DNA of 64,000 bases, from assembly GCA_951406725.2 (NCBI GenBank), contig OX597823.1, forward strand, positions 496,001 through 560,000. Reading direction: 5' to 3'. A program made the translations under genes and the position numbers. The notes beneath the pieces are model-generated. The model had not been told where the DNA came from. It saw only the letters and a list, made by a program, of their open reading frames with translations, and did no database searches. This document shows positions 52,260 to 64,000 of the stretch, in pieces (the first letter of the stretch is position 1; each line of letters starts with the position of its first letter). The DNA is from Octopus vulgaris (Eukaryota).

Positions 52260-55200
52260 CTAATTCTTATCTACTACTGGTATCTAAAAACTCAAAGCTC
52301 CAAGTCTTCCAAATGGCTCCTTCAAAGCAGCTGGTTTACATTAGTTCAATCAAAAGACAGAGCCAACAACATCTACTGAGTTTTTACCTATTGTGGTAAC
52401 TCTTGGAAGATCACCAGTCAAACCAAGAAGAATGACCCCATACATTGCACAGTTCTCAGGCTTTTCCACTTCTCTAATTACAGTCCATCTTTTTGGTCCA
52501 TTATCAAAAGAATCTTCCTAATACTTAATATAATCTTCCTTTCCTCCATTTTCCAATCACAGTCATATGGTGAATAGTACTCTCTCAGAGAAAGCTGTCC
52601 CTTTAGCTATCAGGTTGCATCAAACTACACACATTTGATCGATTTCATTCCTCCAGGTTTACCACTATTTACAGACACATCCCAAGTATAGAAGTGTCTC
52701 CAGACCAACAGAGCCACCGCATTTTCTATTAACTTGAAACAATGCACTCCACAGACAGCCTCTAGAATCACTAAACTTTTCAATCTCTTTCTCTCTATAG
52801 GGACATCCTAACTTTTGGAAGCACACTGATGTATCCTATACAAGACCCTGCCAACTGTTTTCATATTCCAATATCGTAGAGGTAATGGAGACAGATATTT
52901 CTGCTTGGACACCACTATTACAGTTTTTAGAAAGTTATATTTATTGAAGAACTGTTACCCTATGCCACTCATCAGTGGGCTCCCAACGAAGAGAAATTTC
53001 ATGATAGAAGCATCATTACCAAAAGCTTTTGACTGTGTCTGGCAAGCGATTCTATTAAAACAGACCACCTATGGGTTCCATCCAGCTTTTCTGTGTTAGA
53101 TCAATGGCTCATTATCAGCTCACACCATCACAGCAGTGCTGAAGGAGCTCTTGCTGACCCGGTGCACTTCAAGGCTTGGTCCTCTCCTCCAAACTCATCC
53201 TACTAAATGATCTACATGCAGCACCACTTCATCTTCTATATCCATGCAGTACCATACATATATAACTTAGACAGCTCACACCAAATCTGCATTAGTTTCA
53301 AGAACAAAGCCCTTCGGATCTACGTCCGAAGCTACGTGTAGCGGCTTCCCTGAATAGGAACTCAGCTCTACAGGAAAGCTTCAGTCTTCGGGAAGATGGA
53401 CAAATCAGGAGATTTGTCAAGACTGATGAAACGTGGAAGAGAGATACCAGCTGGTCTGAGTGCTCTCTACCCACAATAACTAAAAAGACTACAGCAACTC
53501 AGGGAAACTAAGCCAGGACAATCTGCCATCCTCCACACACCATCATAAACTGCGAGCAGGGTACAAATTGTTGTCCTTAAATGCTCGCAGTTTATGCAAC
53601 AAAATACATTTGTTCAACGCCTATGTCAGAAGTGTTGACCCTGACTTCATCACTGTCACGGAAACATGGGCGCATTCCTTACTCTGTGATGGGGTTTTCA
53701 ACATCACGGGGTACAACCTCTTCCGTAAGGACCGCACTAACCGCCGTGGTGGTGGTGTGATGGTCTACGTTCGTTCAAATTTTTTGGTAATTCCTTGTGC
53801 CGATTTGAACGAATCACAAGAAGAAGTTTTTTTTCTGTGACGTACGTATGACCATGTCAACACTCCTGCTTGGCGTTGTTTATCATCCCCCAAATTACCA
53901 TCAGGACACACAGCTTTGCAACATCCTCCGAGCTGCAGCCAGGAAAACAGCCACTTATGTGTTTATTGCAGGCGATTTCAATCATCCTGAGATCGATTGG
54001 GAAACCTTCCGTTGGCCACAGAGTGCAAACGATTTTGTTGAGCTTGTGCTGGACTCAAACTGGTCACAAGTAGTCACCTCTCCAACAAGAGGCGACAACA
54101 CCTTGGACCTGCTCTTCACCACAACTCCTGAAGCGGTTATCAATTGCACTACGGAGGAACCTCTAGGTGACTCTGATCATGCTATGATCATCGCCAATCT
54201 GGCTCTTGCGGGCAACAAACACCTGAACCATCTCCAATCTGCTTCCTTCGATTGGAAGAGAGCAGATTGGAATCTGTACCACACTGAACTACAGCACCCA
54301 AACTGGCGTGAATTCTACAACTCTGGAGATGTGAATACTATACTCCAGAGTATCCTGGACTCAATATGGGCAGCATGTGCAGCATCAGTGCCACGTAAAC
54401 AAAAAAAGAAGAACCGCCCCAAAAGGGCAATTTGGGAAACTTCAGCGGTCCGACTTGCCAGGAAGGAACGTCGGACTGCTGAACAGGAATACAAGTTGCA
54501 TAAATCAGACACCAACAGGAAGAAGCGGAATAAATCCTCCAACCATCTCAAGCAAGTGACAAAAAATGCAGTGCTTGAATTTGAACAGTGCATAGCAGCC
54601 AATCCTGACAGCAAGGTTTTCTGGAAATATGTGCATTCAAAGCAGAGACCTCACTCTCCAGTGGGCCCTCTTCGCAACCCTCACACGAACCAGATCACTG
54701 ACGACCCCAAGGAATGCGCAGAACTCATTGCCGAGTGCTATGCAAACATATTCACTGTCGAAAGTCAAAATGTACCATCTTCACCATCACTAACAGCAAA
54801 CTCCATAACAACTATGGAATTTACACCTGCAATGCTGTGACGTCACCTTCAAAATAAGCGCAACTATGCCTCCCCTGGTCTCGATGGAGTTACATACCTG
54901 CTTCTCAAACGTGGCAGGCACTTCCTTTTACACCAGCTTTCTATTTTCTTCCAGTACTGTCTCAACAATGGTGCTACTCCGGAGCAGTGGAAAACTGCCA
55001 GTGTCATTCCTCTGTTCAAAAAGGGTGACTGCACATCACCTGTCAACTATCGCCCAGTCAGTCTCACTAGCTGTATTGCAAAACTGATGGAATCGTGTGT
55101 CAGAGAAACACTCTGGAACTTCTGGAGCTCTCACAGTCTCATCCGACCCTCACAATATGGATTTGTCCCTAACTCCAGCTGCAGTGACCAGCTTGTCGAG

Positions 55201-57170
55201 TTCCTTGAGGACATTACTCAGATCACTGACAGTGGCTCATGGGTGGATGTTGTCTACCTTGACTTTGCTAAGGCTTTCAACTCTGTGCCACACAAAAGGC
55301 TTATGGTGAAACTCTCTGCAATGGGTGTGGGGGATGACCTTTTTAACTGGTTGAAATCCTTCATCCTCAGCCGAAAGGAGGTAGTCACAGTTCTAGGACA
55401 GCACTCTACACCATATGAGATGTCATCGGGTGTACCACAGGGATCTGTCCTTGGTCCCCTCCTGTTTGTGGCATACATTAATGACATAGATGCCAATTTA
55501 AAGAATGCCACAGTATTGAAATATGCAGACGACATCAAGCTGTACCTTGAAATCAAGAGGACTGATCCTGATGTCTACAACTCTTTCCTGCAATCAGACC
55601 TAGACACAATGCAGCAATGGATCACAGACTGGCAACTGAAACTGGCTGTGGACAAGTGTACCACCATGCATTTTGGGAGAAAAAACCCTGCGTCCACATA
55701 CTCCCTCCACAACACTGATATCAAGAAATCCTCTTGCGAGCGTGACCTAGGCATCACTGTCAGCAGTGATTTGCGTTGGACAAAGCATATCTCTAAAATT
55801 GTCAAGAAGGCCGAGGGTGTCTTGGTATCACTCAGCAAGACTTTTGTTAGCCGCTCTCCAGCCATCTATTTAAAACTGTATACAGCTATGGTACGACCAC
55901 ACTTGGAATTCGCATCATCAGTTTGGAATCCCTATCTTGCTCAGAACATTGACCTCCTGGAATCTGTCCAGAGACGTGCAACCAAACGCATACCCTCCAT
56001 CAGACACCTACCATATTCTGAGCGCCTTGTTTCCCTGGGCATGGATTCACTGAAGCTCCGGCGTCTGGCGACGGACTTGGTAAACACCCACAAGGTTATC
56101 AACCACCTCACCAACAACAACACTGAACACCTTTTTGATCTCCATGTGTCTAACACACGTGGACATGCCTACAAAGTCAGAAAACAGCACAGCTCCCATG
56201 ACTTTCGGAAACATTTTTTCACGCTCAGGGTTGCTGAAGTGTGGAATAAACTGCCTGCATCAGTTGTTGACTGCCATGACACTGCATCCTTTAAGGCCCT
56301 CATGCTTCCCGAAATCCGTCGAAACTACACCTGATTATATATACACTTTAGATGAGTTGTAGTGCACCTGAGCACTGTACACAATTATTATTATTATTAT
56401 TAAAAACAAACTCCAGTGAGTTTGTGTTAATCTTATTTCCTTCTACAGAAATATATTTTAAAAAAAAAGGGTCATATCATAATACTTACACCTCCCACCC
56501 CTAACCATGAGTAACATGCATCAAGAGTGTTTGCAATCATTCCAAATGTTGGGCCTCACTACTTCTTTAACAGTTCAGTGTGGCCCTTCCCTTCACAATC
56601 ATAAAATACTTCATTTCCCTATAATTATTAACCCTCTTGAAGCTCAAGTGACACAAAGTACTGCTCCCACATCTAGAACAGAGAAGTCATAACACACACA
56701 CACACAAAGATGTCCTAAACTACATCCAGAGAAAGGTCACTCAACTAATCAACATTAAAGACACTCATAAACTAACATCATACTCTGGCTTACAAATCTT
56801 CTGCCTCTCCTCCTCTCTACTGCTACAACAACAGTCTCTGCCTCTACATCTTATAGCATCATCACTCACTCATCTCTGTATTGTATCCAACTCTGCAAAA
56901 CCAAGGTTAGCCACAACTCTCAGAGCTGCTTCTTTAATACATGTAAGTCTAGAGGAATGAGCTATGCAGTGAGAACTGCACATCTCTTTTCTACAGCATC
57001 AATCTCACTGATTGTGAGCATAGACCATTCCTCCAGACCTCTCTACTTAAAAAGAGTGATCAGAAGATCCTGCAGTCAGCAGAATCACATCAGTCCACAG
57101 CAAATAACTCTCTGCACCCAAAACTGTAATTTCTTTATTGAGTGGTGAATCTTTTGAAAGAAAAACAAAC
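52260..57170 (+). mobile_element. Highly decayed older APE-type LINE (L2/Crack-like), split by the CR1 insertion
   Basis: KAFDCVW (~53020) and QGLVLS (~53170) before the CR1; MLGLT and a KAQV-like motif after it. Confidence 0.5.
53310..56402 (+). mobile_element. Near-intact 5'-truncated CR1-type LINE; ORF2 (APE + RT) with one frameshift and one nonsense codon
   Basis: LNARSL, VTETW, FRKDR..RRGGGV, GDFN, LDL, SDH, NYRPVSLTS, YLDFAKAFNSVPH, GVPQGSVLGP, KYADD, TRGH, RVAEVWNKLP and an (ATT)n tail. Frameshift in the T-run near 53830; TGA at 54838-54840 is in frame with both flanking ORFs. Confidence 0.96.
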
Positions 57171-57279
57171 ACCCTGTGTCTAGTTACAGTGCCTGGTTTG
57201 TGGGGTTAGCTACTGGACAATAGGGTTTTAAGGGACACCAGGGAGTTTTGTTTTTAAAAAGATTTTAAATAGGTTTATG

Positions 57280-57610
57280 TTTTACTTGTTTCAGTCGTTA
57301 GACTGCAGTCATACTGGAGCACTGATTTGAAATAGTTTAGTTGAACAAATTGACCTCAGTACCTTTGTTTCTTAAGCCTGGTACTTATTCTATCAGTATC
57401 TTTTGCCAAACTGCTAAGTTACAGCGATATAAACACATACACAAACACACACACAATTGGTTTCTTTCAGCTTCCATCAACCAAATCCACTCACAAAGAT
57501 TTGGTCATCCTGAAACTATAGTAGAAGACACTTGCCAAAGGTGCCACACAGAGGGCCTGAACCCAGTACCATGTAACTGGGAAGCAAGCTTTTTACCACA
57601 CAGCCACATA
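57280..57610 (-). mobile_element. tRNA-derived SINE (family of 58249-58678)
   Basis: Reverse complement of the full SINE, with a shortened internal microsatellite. Confidence 0.85.
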
Positions 57611-58248
57611 AATAATAACAGCAATAATTTATCTTCAAAATCCACAAATAAAGACAAAAGGATGGCAGTAACTGAATAATAAAAAACTAACAATATTGCA
57701 GGATTCTCTTGTCCTGCAATAGAGAACCTCTCTCACAGCAAAGACATGACAAAATGTACCAAGTCTATTTTTTAAATGGTTGATGACAGGACAGGTACTC
57801 AACTATAAAATTTATGCCATCCTACCCCAAAACAATCCCAAACAAAAATGTTACATATAATAAAGAAAAAAAAGTTAAAAGTAGTTTCTTTTGTTTTTCT
57901 GCATATGAGAAGATGAAGAACTAGATATATGGTGAGATGATGTGTGATCCCTCCGAAACATGCTAGCATGGAAATATGGACATAAAAATGATGATTGCAT
58001 TGTGATAAAATGGAAAGAAAAAAAACAGGAAAGTATTTATTGTTTATCATAGTTCATGCCTTCACTTTGAAGAACAGGAAATAAGTTAAGATACATTTGT
58101 ATAGAGAGGGGCTAATTAGGGATTAGATATTAAAATTCTACAAGCAACTTCATTCTAATAATCATTAATTATATCTTCACAAGAGGGAATCAAAGTTATA
58201 AGACAAATCATATTCGTTTTGTAACTATTAAAAAAAATTTTAGATATA

Positions 58249-58678
58249 GGCGCAGGAGTGGCTGTGTGGTAAGTAGCTTGCTAACCAACCACATGGTTCC
58301 GGGTTCAGTCCCACTGCGTGGCATCTTGGGCAAGTGTCTTCTGCTATAGCCCCGGGCTGACCAATGCCTTGTGAGTGGATTTGGTAGACGGAAACTGAAA
58401 GAAGCCTGTCGTATATATGTATATATATATGTGTATGTGTGTGTGTTTGTGTGTCTGTGTTTGTCCCCCTAGCATTGCTTGACAACCGATGCTGGTGTGT
58501 TTACGTCCCCGTCACTTAGCGGTTCGGCAAAAGAGACCGATAGAATAAGTACTGGGCTTACAAAGAATAAGTCCCGGGGTCGATTTGCTCAACTAAAGGC
58601 GGTGCTCCAGCATGGCCGCAGTCAAATGACTGAAACAAGTAAAAATAATAAATAAAATAAAATAAAATAATATAAAAA
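58249..58678 (+). mobile_element. Full-length young tRNA-derived SINE
   Basis: Box A TGGCTGTGTGG, box B GGTTCAGTCCC, CORE-like cttgggcaagtgtctt, internal (TA)/(TG) microsatellite, 3' stem-loops and A-rich tail. CpGs are retained. Confidence 0.92.
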
Positions 58679-59586
58679 CTTGGCAAATGTATGAGTATGC
58701 AGGATGCTATCTCCCACCCCCAGACTAACCTAATACCATACCTAGAATGCTATACACTAAATAGTACCTGTGTATTACAGGTGTGCTCAAGTTCATATTA
58801 TTTATACCCAGGTTAACTGTGATTGAGTGGACCTATATGTATAAAAGCATTCCAGCAGTGACCACCCTGTCCTTATTGATATAGGACAAATACTGTCCTA
58901 TATGATTTTTCTTAAAGCTGAAAGGATTTATTTAGAGAAAATTGGTTGTTATTTCTATGAAATCATTTGACCACATAGAAGCTCTCTTCCTGAGCTCACA
59001 GACACTAAACAAGACATCACAAACAGCTAATAAAAAACCAAGACAGTAATAAATGTAAAAGTTTGAAAACCCAAGTAGGTTAATTTTGAGAATAAAACTG
59101 GCTGGGTCCAAAACTCTATCTACTGGAATTTCCTTTGTCCATCAAATCTCTATGCATCCCACTCTCTCTCTCTCTCTCTGAGCTAATGAATCTCTCTATG
59201 TTGTTGTATAACTTGATAGAAATAGCAACCAAATACTCCATAAATCACACCTCACTGTTTATGAGAAGGACATCAAGCCCTAAATATCTCCTAAAAGATG
59301 TGGTATGGTCCCAACTGGTCTGCCTGATCAGAATTAACCTGGGGCTAAACAACAACATCTTACTTGTAGGTATTACTTTATAGACTATTGTCACTCAGTC
59401 ATATCAAATAACAGTTAGAAATCCATTAAAACAAATACTGTAATACTTCTGATGACAATTCTTCTGACAATAAACCATGTTAGCAATCAGTTAAACTCTC
59501 AAAATTACAGTTGACACAAATATTGCAACATATCATTTCCAATTCTAATTCTTGTGTGCGAGGGGGGGGAAGAGAGAGAGAGGGGG

Positions 59587-59648
<62 letters not shown>

Positions 59649-60820
59649 TTAATGCTACCAGGCTGATTTGGATTTTAAATTTGGGTAAACCACAAAGCCT
59701 TTCAGAAAGATTCTAATGATGACATTACAAACAAGAATGCTGAAATGCAAGTATTTTATAACAGAAATTCATAGAAATAAAGAACTTTGGTGAAATGAGA
59801 TTGGTCTTCAACGACATAATGGTGACTAATAAACTAAAGAAAAGAAAATCTGTTAAAAAAAACTTCTAATTGAACCCCCACCCCCCAAAAAAAAACCAAT
59901 CAACTCTAAATGGTTAATTACAGTTGCAGAGTGAAATTATTAGATTCAAAAGAATTGACTCAGTAATTCTCTGCTTCAAAGAAAAAAGGAGGAAAAAAGC
60001 AAAAAGAAAGGTTTTCAAGGAAATGGATTTCTTTTCCCTTTTAATATGAGGAAACTACTTGACAGTCAATAAGCATAATTCTTTAGAAGCTAGATCTGGT
60101 TCTAATGTAGTAGTTGAGGTGGTTCAGTCTTTTACTATGAGAAAAACTGGTACAATAAGGAGAAAGAAAGGACTGAGTTCAATGTTATGACTCTTTGAAC
60201 AGAGGACAAATATCCGGCAGGCTTTATAAAACTATTTTATATTCATCAACAACCTCTTTTCTAAACACAGACTGCTTACAGCACAATGAGAAGCCATGAT
60301 TGAGGGCTTTATGCTTTCCTTTTATAAATTAAATGAAGGGTATAGCAATCCACTGGGTTTCATTCTTCAAGTTAGTGTCAGTGAATAATAGTGAGTGACC
60401 CCAAGTTTGAGGGCAGTAATTTAAAGTGATATTTAAGGTTTTATAGAAAGCCAATAGCTAGAAAGGGCCAGCACATTTCTTGGATTTAAAGCAGAAGCAA
60501 GCATGCAATAAACTTATTTGCAAGTAAAGATGTTCTTTTTATCAACATTATTACATAAGAATTAAAAAAAAAAGATTAAATAAAAAAATAAAAGACACAG
60601 CCTCATATTACTTTCCATTATTATATCAGTGAATGTCTTCTCGGAATTCAAAACCCCAAAAATGCCAAATGAACACATGCAATATTGAGTTAATTTTGAA
60701 ATGTCAAACCAAAAAATGTTTTTACTGCCATTTAATGGTGGCTTCTCTTTATGATATTTTTACTTCATTATCTTAATTTTTTATTTTTTGTAGGTTTGAT
60801 TTATTTTGATAAACAAATGC

Positions 60821-60855
<35 letters not shown>

Positions 60856-61319
60856 CGCTTGTGTGCATGTGTGAGTGCATATGTAGAACACTGCTGCTTC
60901 GGTTCATGACTTGCTTGTAGCTATGCATACGTTTGTAGAGATGGGTTTAGTTTATGTATATGTGTGTGTGTGTGTGTGCGAGAGAGGGGGGGGGGGAGGA
61001 TTTCTGGATATATGTTTATGTGAAAAGAGTCATTGGTGTAGTAGTGAAGAACATAATCTCTGGTGGGGTTGACTCAGCATTTGACTTCTTCTCATCAGAG
61101 AACCATTGAGTTAAGCATCACTAATTTAATTGAGGTGAAAGGTCAAACTGGTCAGACATAAGACTGGTCAGACATTTACTAGTCTGGTGTCAGCAAAGGT
61201 GAAGCTTTGAACATGCAGCAGCACAACACACCACACATCTGAGTGATTCATAGAATTTGGTTAACCTACATGACTAATAGCCAAGACCCACAGTAAAATT
61301 AGATCAATTTACATTTTAC

Positions 61320-61435
61320 CATGCCAAATCAGACTGGAACCTGGTGCAGCCCTCTGCCTTACCAGTTCCAGTCAAACCATCTAACCCATGCCACTATGGA
61401 AAGCAGATGCTAAATGATGATGATGATGATGATGG
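61320..61435 (+). mobile_element. RTE 3' tail fragment
   Basis: atgccaaatcagactggaacctggtgcagcc...aaatgatgatgatgat. Confidence 0.85.
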
Positions 61436-62993
61436 TATATTATTCTCACTGCAAGGATTGAGCATTTCAAATGTATTGGTTTCTCTAAAACTAACACTGT
61501 TGACCAGGTTTTCAATTAATATTTAGTATATTCTAGATCAGTATTATTTTCACAATTAGAACTTCCATTCCACTGTAAGACTGGGTATTTGACTTCACTT
61601 GTACTGAAATTATGAATCTCCCTCAAGGTAATCTGCCAGGGTTCATAGGTTAGAAAATATTTTTGGCCAAAATATGAAGAAGACATTGCAGGTAAATCCT
61701 GCTGACCACCTCTGTCTTGTGTTTATGCCTTATATATTGAAATGAAATGTTGCTTGTCTCTATGTATGTGTGCATGTACAATTATTACAGAGTCAGAAAT
61801 CTCAAAACATGTGAAAGAGAAACAGGAAATTTTGATATATGCGGATGTAATTGCAGAAGCGCAACAGGTGGTAAGGAATTGTTTCAGCAGGTAGCAAAGG
61901 CAGTACATACTGAGCAATGAAGAGCAGATGGAAGAAATAAATAGTTCCAGTTGGAAACATATAGTGGGTTCTAGACCCAATGTCTAGAGACACCATAAGT
62001 GTATCGTTGGTCTACTATGAGTATTCATGGTGACCACATACCCTGCCTAAACATTAGCCGTGACAATTACTGGACTACCGATGGCATGGGAGTTAAAACC
62101 CTTGTAACAACTTGTGTCGAACTAAAACTATTTTTACAATATCTTAAATAACATTTATTCTATAACTGATGTAGCAAACTTTATGGAACTTTTGATAAAA
62201 CTGAAAGCATTATTCATGAGGTGTTTGTTTGTGAATGTCTGCAGTGAATATGGGCCACAAATAAGGCATTCTCTAGTTCAGGATTATGAAGCTGTAGAAT
62301 TAATTGACAAACAACTGACAACTAGATGCCCATTCTAGTCATAGATACAATTTCATTTCACATTAATATTTCCCAAGCCTGGCTTGTTAGCCTAACTCTA
62401 ACCCTTCTCATTTCCCTCCATCCCAGACAGACTCCAAACCCCAACCACTAAAAATAAAATAAAAACGTGAAAATCCTAATTGTTTTTACAACAGCCTCTT
62501 CTGCCCTCTTACTGAACCCATCCTCAACAGTCAATCAGCCCAAAAGCTACTTGTATATAATTAACATTCTATGTCCGGTTACACTTTTTAAATGTTATTA
62601 TCTCTTATTAACTGTACTATTAATTTCTGTATCTGAGTTAAATCAAACCCCATTTCAACGCCTATACTATGCTATTGTATACAATAATAATAGATCCTTA
62701 TCTTAAATGTCAGTCATCACCAATAAAATAACATTCATTGATCCAAAGCTATTCAGCATTACTGCAGCAGCATCTCTGAGACTTTTCCACCAGCCTCTTT
62801 CTATCTGTCTCCAGCCTTGCCAGTCTAACCACACGCAACACCATCAACACCCTTCCTACACATATTTCTCATTTCCAACATTTTCTATGCTCTGATTTAA
62901 TTAACTTTTACAAATTCTACTAATGACCTAACTTTATCTGACCTTTCTTACATAATATATATTGTATTGATATTGCATACACACACCTATATA

Positions 62994-63066
<73 letters not shown>

Positions 63067-63456
63067 GTGTGTGTATGTATGTGTGTATATATATAAATGT
63101 GCATGTATAAGAGAGAGAGAGAGAGAGAGAGAGAGACCAGTCACAGCTTTGCAGAAGAGTAGCTACATTGGAGGTGGAATAGATATAAAAACTATTTTTG
63201 GCAAACTACAGCCATATTGAGAAGGAATAAATGTATTAAATTTTGTACGCTTTACAGTTACAATGATGAAATTCAATGAAATTATTTTAATTAGATAAAC
63301 AGTTTAGATTCCCCTGCTATTTTCTAAGGACAAAAAAGAAAAGCCATAATTGTTATTTATAAAGCCTGACTTTTACAAAATACTAAGTTGTTATGTTCAT
63401 GCTTTTCCCTAAAGCAATCATCATCATCATTATTATTATTATTATTATATTATTAT

Positions 63457-63588
63457 TGTGGCTGGCCACAGGGGGTGGGTGTTACTGAAGCTTTTAGCCC
63501 CAGGAGATCGTCGTCTCCAGCTGGCTTTAGACGATGATCTCCTGGGGCTAAAAGCTTCAGTAACACCCACCCCCTGTGGCTAGCCACA
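63457..63588. repeat. Near-perfect hairpin: 60-bp arms, 12-nt loop, within (TAT)n tract
   Basis: tgtggctggccacagggggtgggtgttactgaagcttttagccccaggagatcgtcgtct-[ccagctggcttt]-agacgatgatctcctggggctaaaagcttcagtaacacccaccccctgtggctagccaca, with two mismatches. Confidence 0.95.
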
Positions 63589-63764
63589 TTCAGATGGCTA
63601 TTACACTTTACGTTGTCGAGCGGTTACTGTTTACATCTCGTTCGGAGATTTATTACTATATTATTATTATTATTATATTATTATATTATTACTATATTAT
63701 TATTATTACTATATTATTGTTATTATTATTATTATTATTATTATATTATTATTATTACTATATT

Positions 63765-64000
63765 ATTATCATCATCATCATCGTTTAATGTCCGTTTTCT
63801 GCGCTAGCATGGGTTGGACGGTTCGACCGGGGTCTGGGAAGCCAGGGGCTGCTCCAGGCTCCAGTCTGATCTGGCAGAGTTTCTACGGCTGGATGCCCTT
63901 CCTAACGCCAACCACTCCGCGAGTGTAGTGGGTGCTTTTTACGTGCCACCTGCACAGGTGCCAGGGGGGGTCCGGCATCGGTCACGATCGGTTGGAGCTT
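63765..64000 (-). mobile_element. Young RTE 3' tail (CpG-rich), continues beyond window
   Basis: (CAT)n cgtttaatgtccgttttctgcgctagcatgggttggacgg...ggctggatgcccttcctaacgccaaccactc. Confidence 0.9.

Noticed and set aside
58249-58325. tRNA gene
   Set aside because: It has box A/B only and continues into a SINE body with several copies in the window.

Overview
AT-rich animal DNA that reads as intronic or intergenic. The repeat families resemble those of coleoid cephalopods (octopus-like), which is an inference from recall, not a search. I cannot identify any intact host gene, rRNA, tRNA or CRISPR array. Most recognisable sequence is nested transposon debris: many RTE-clade LINE fragments with a shared (GAT)n tail and a PHD-like finger inserted in the RT region; a near-intact CR1-type ORF2 (one frameshift, one nonsense codon); an RT-deleted HERO-like element; R4/Dong remnants; a Buster/Charlie-type hAT interrupted by a MITE with an 8-bp TSD; a non-autonomous Helitron; a DD37D (maT) transposase relic; and tRNA-derived SINEs. 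The most interesting unexplained signals are (i) several short, frame-preserving phase 1-1 exon-like segments on the minus strand, some closely clustered (unproven), (ii) two fold-back hairpins inserted in microsatellites, one with a decayed Penelope-type hammerhead core, and (iii) a covarying 3' stem-loop module shared by SINE and LINE ends. Repeat boundaries are approximate unless a TSD or terminus is quoted.
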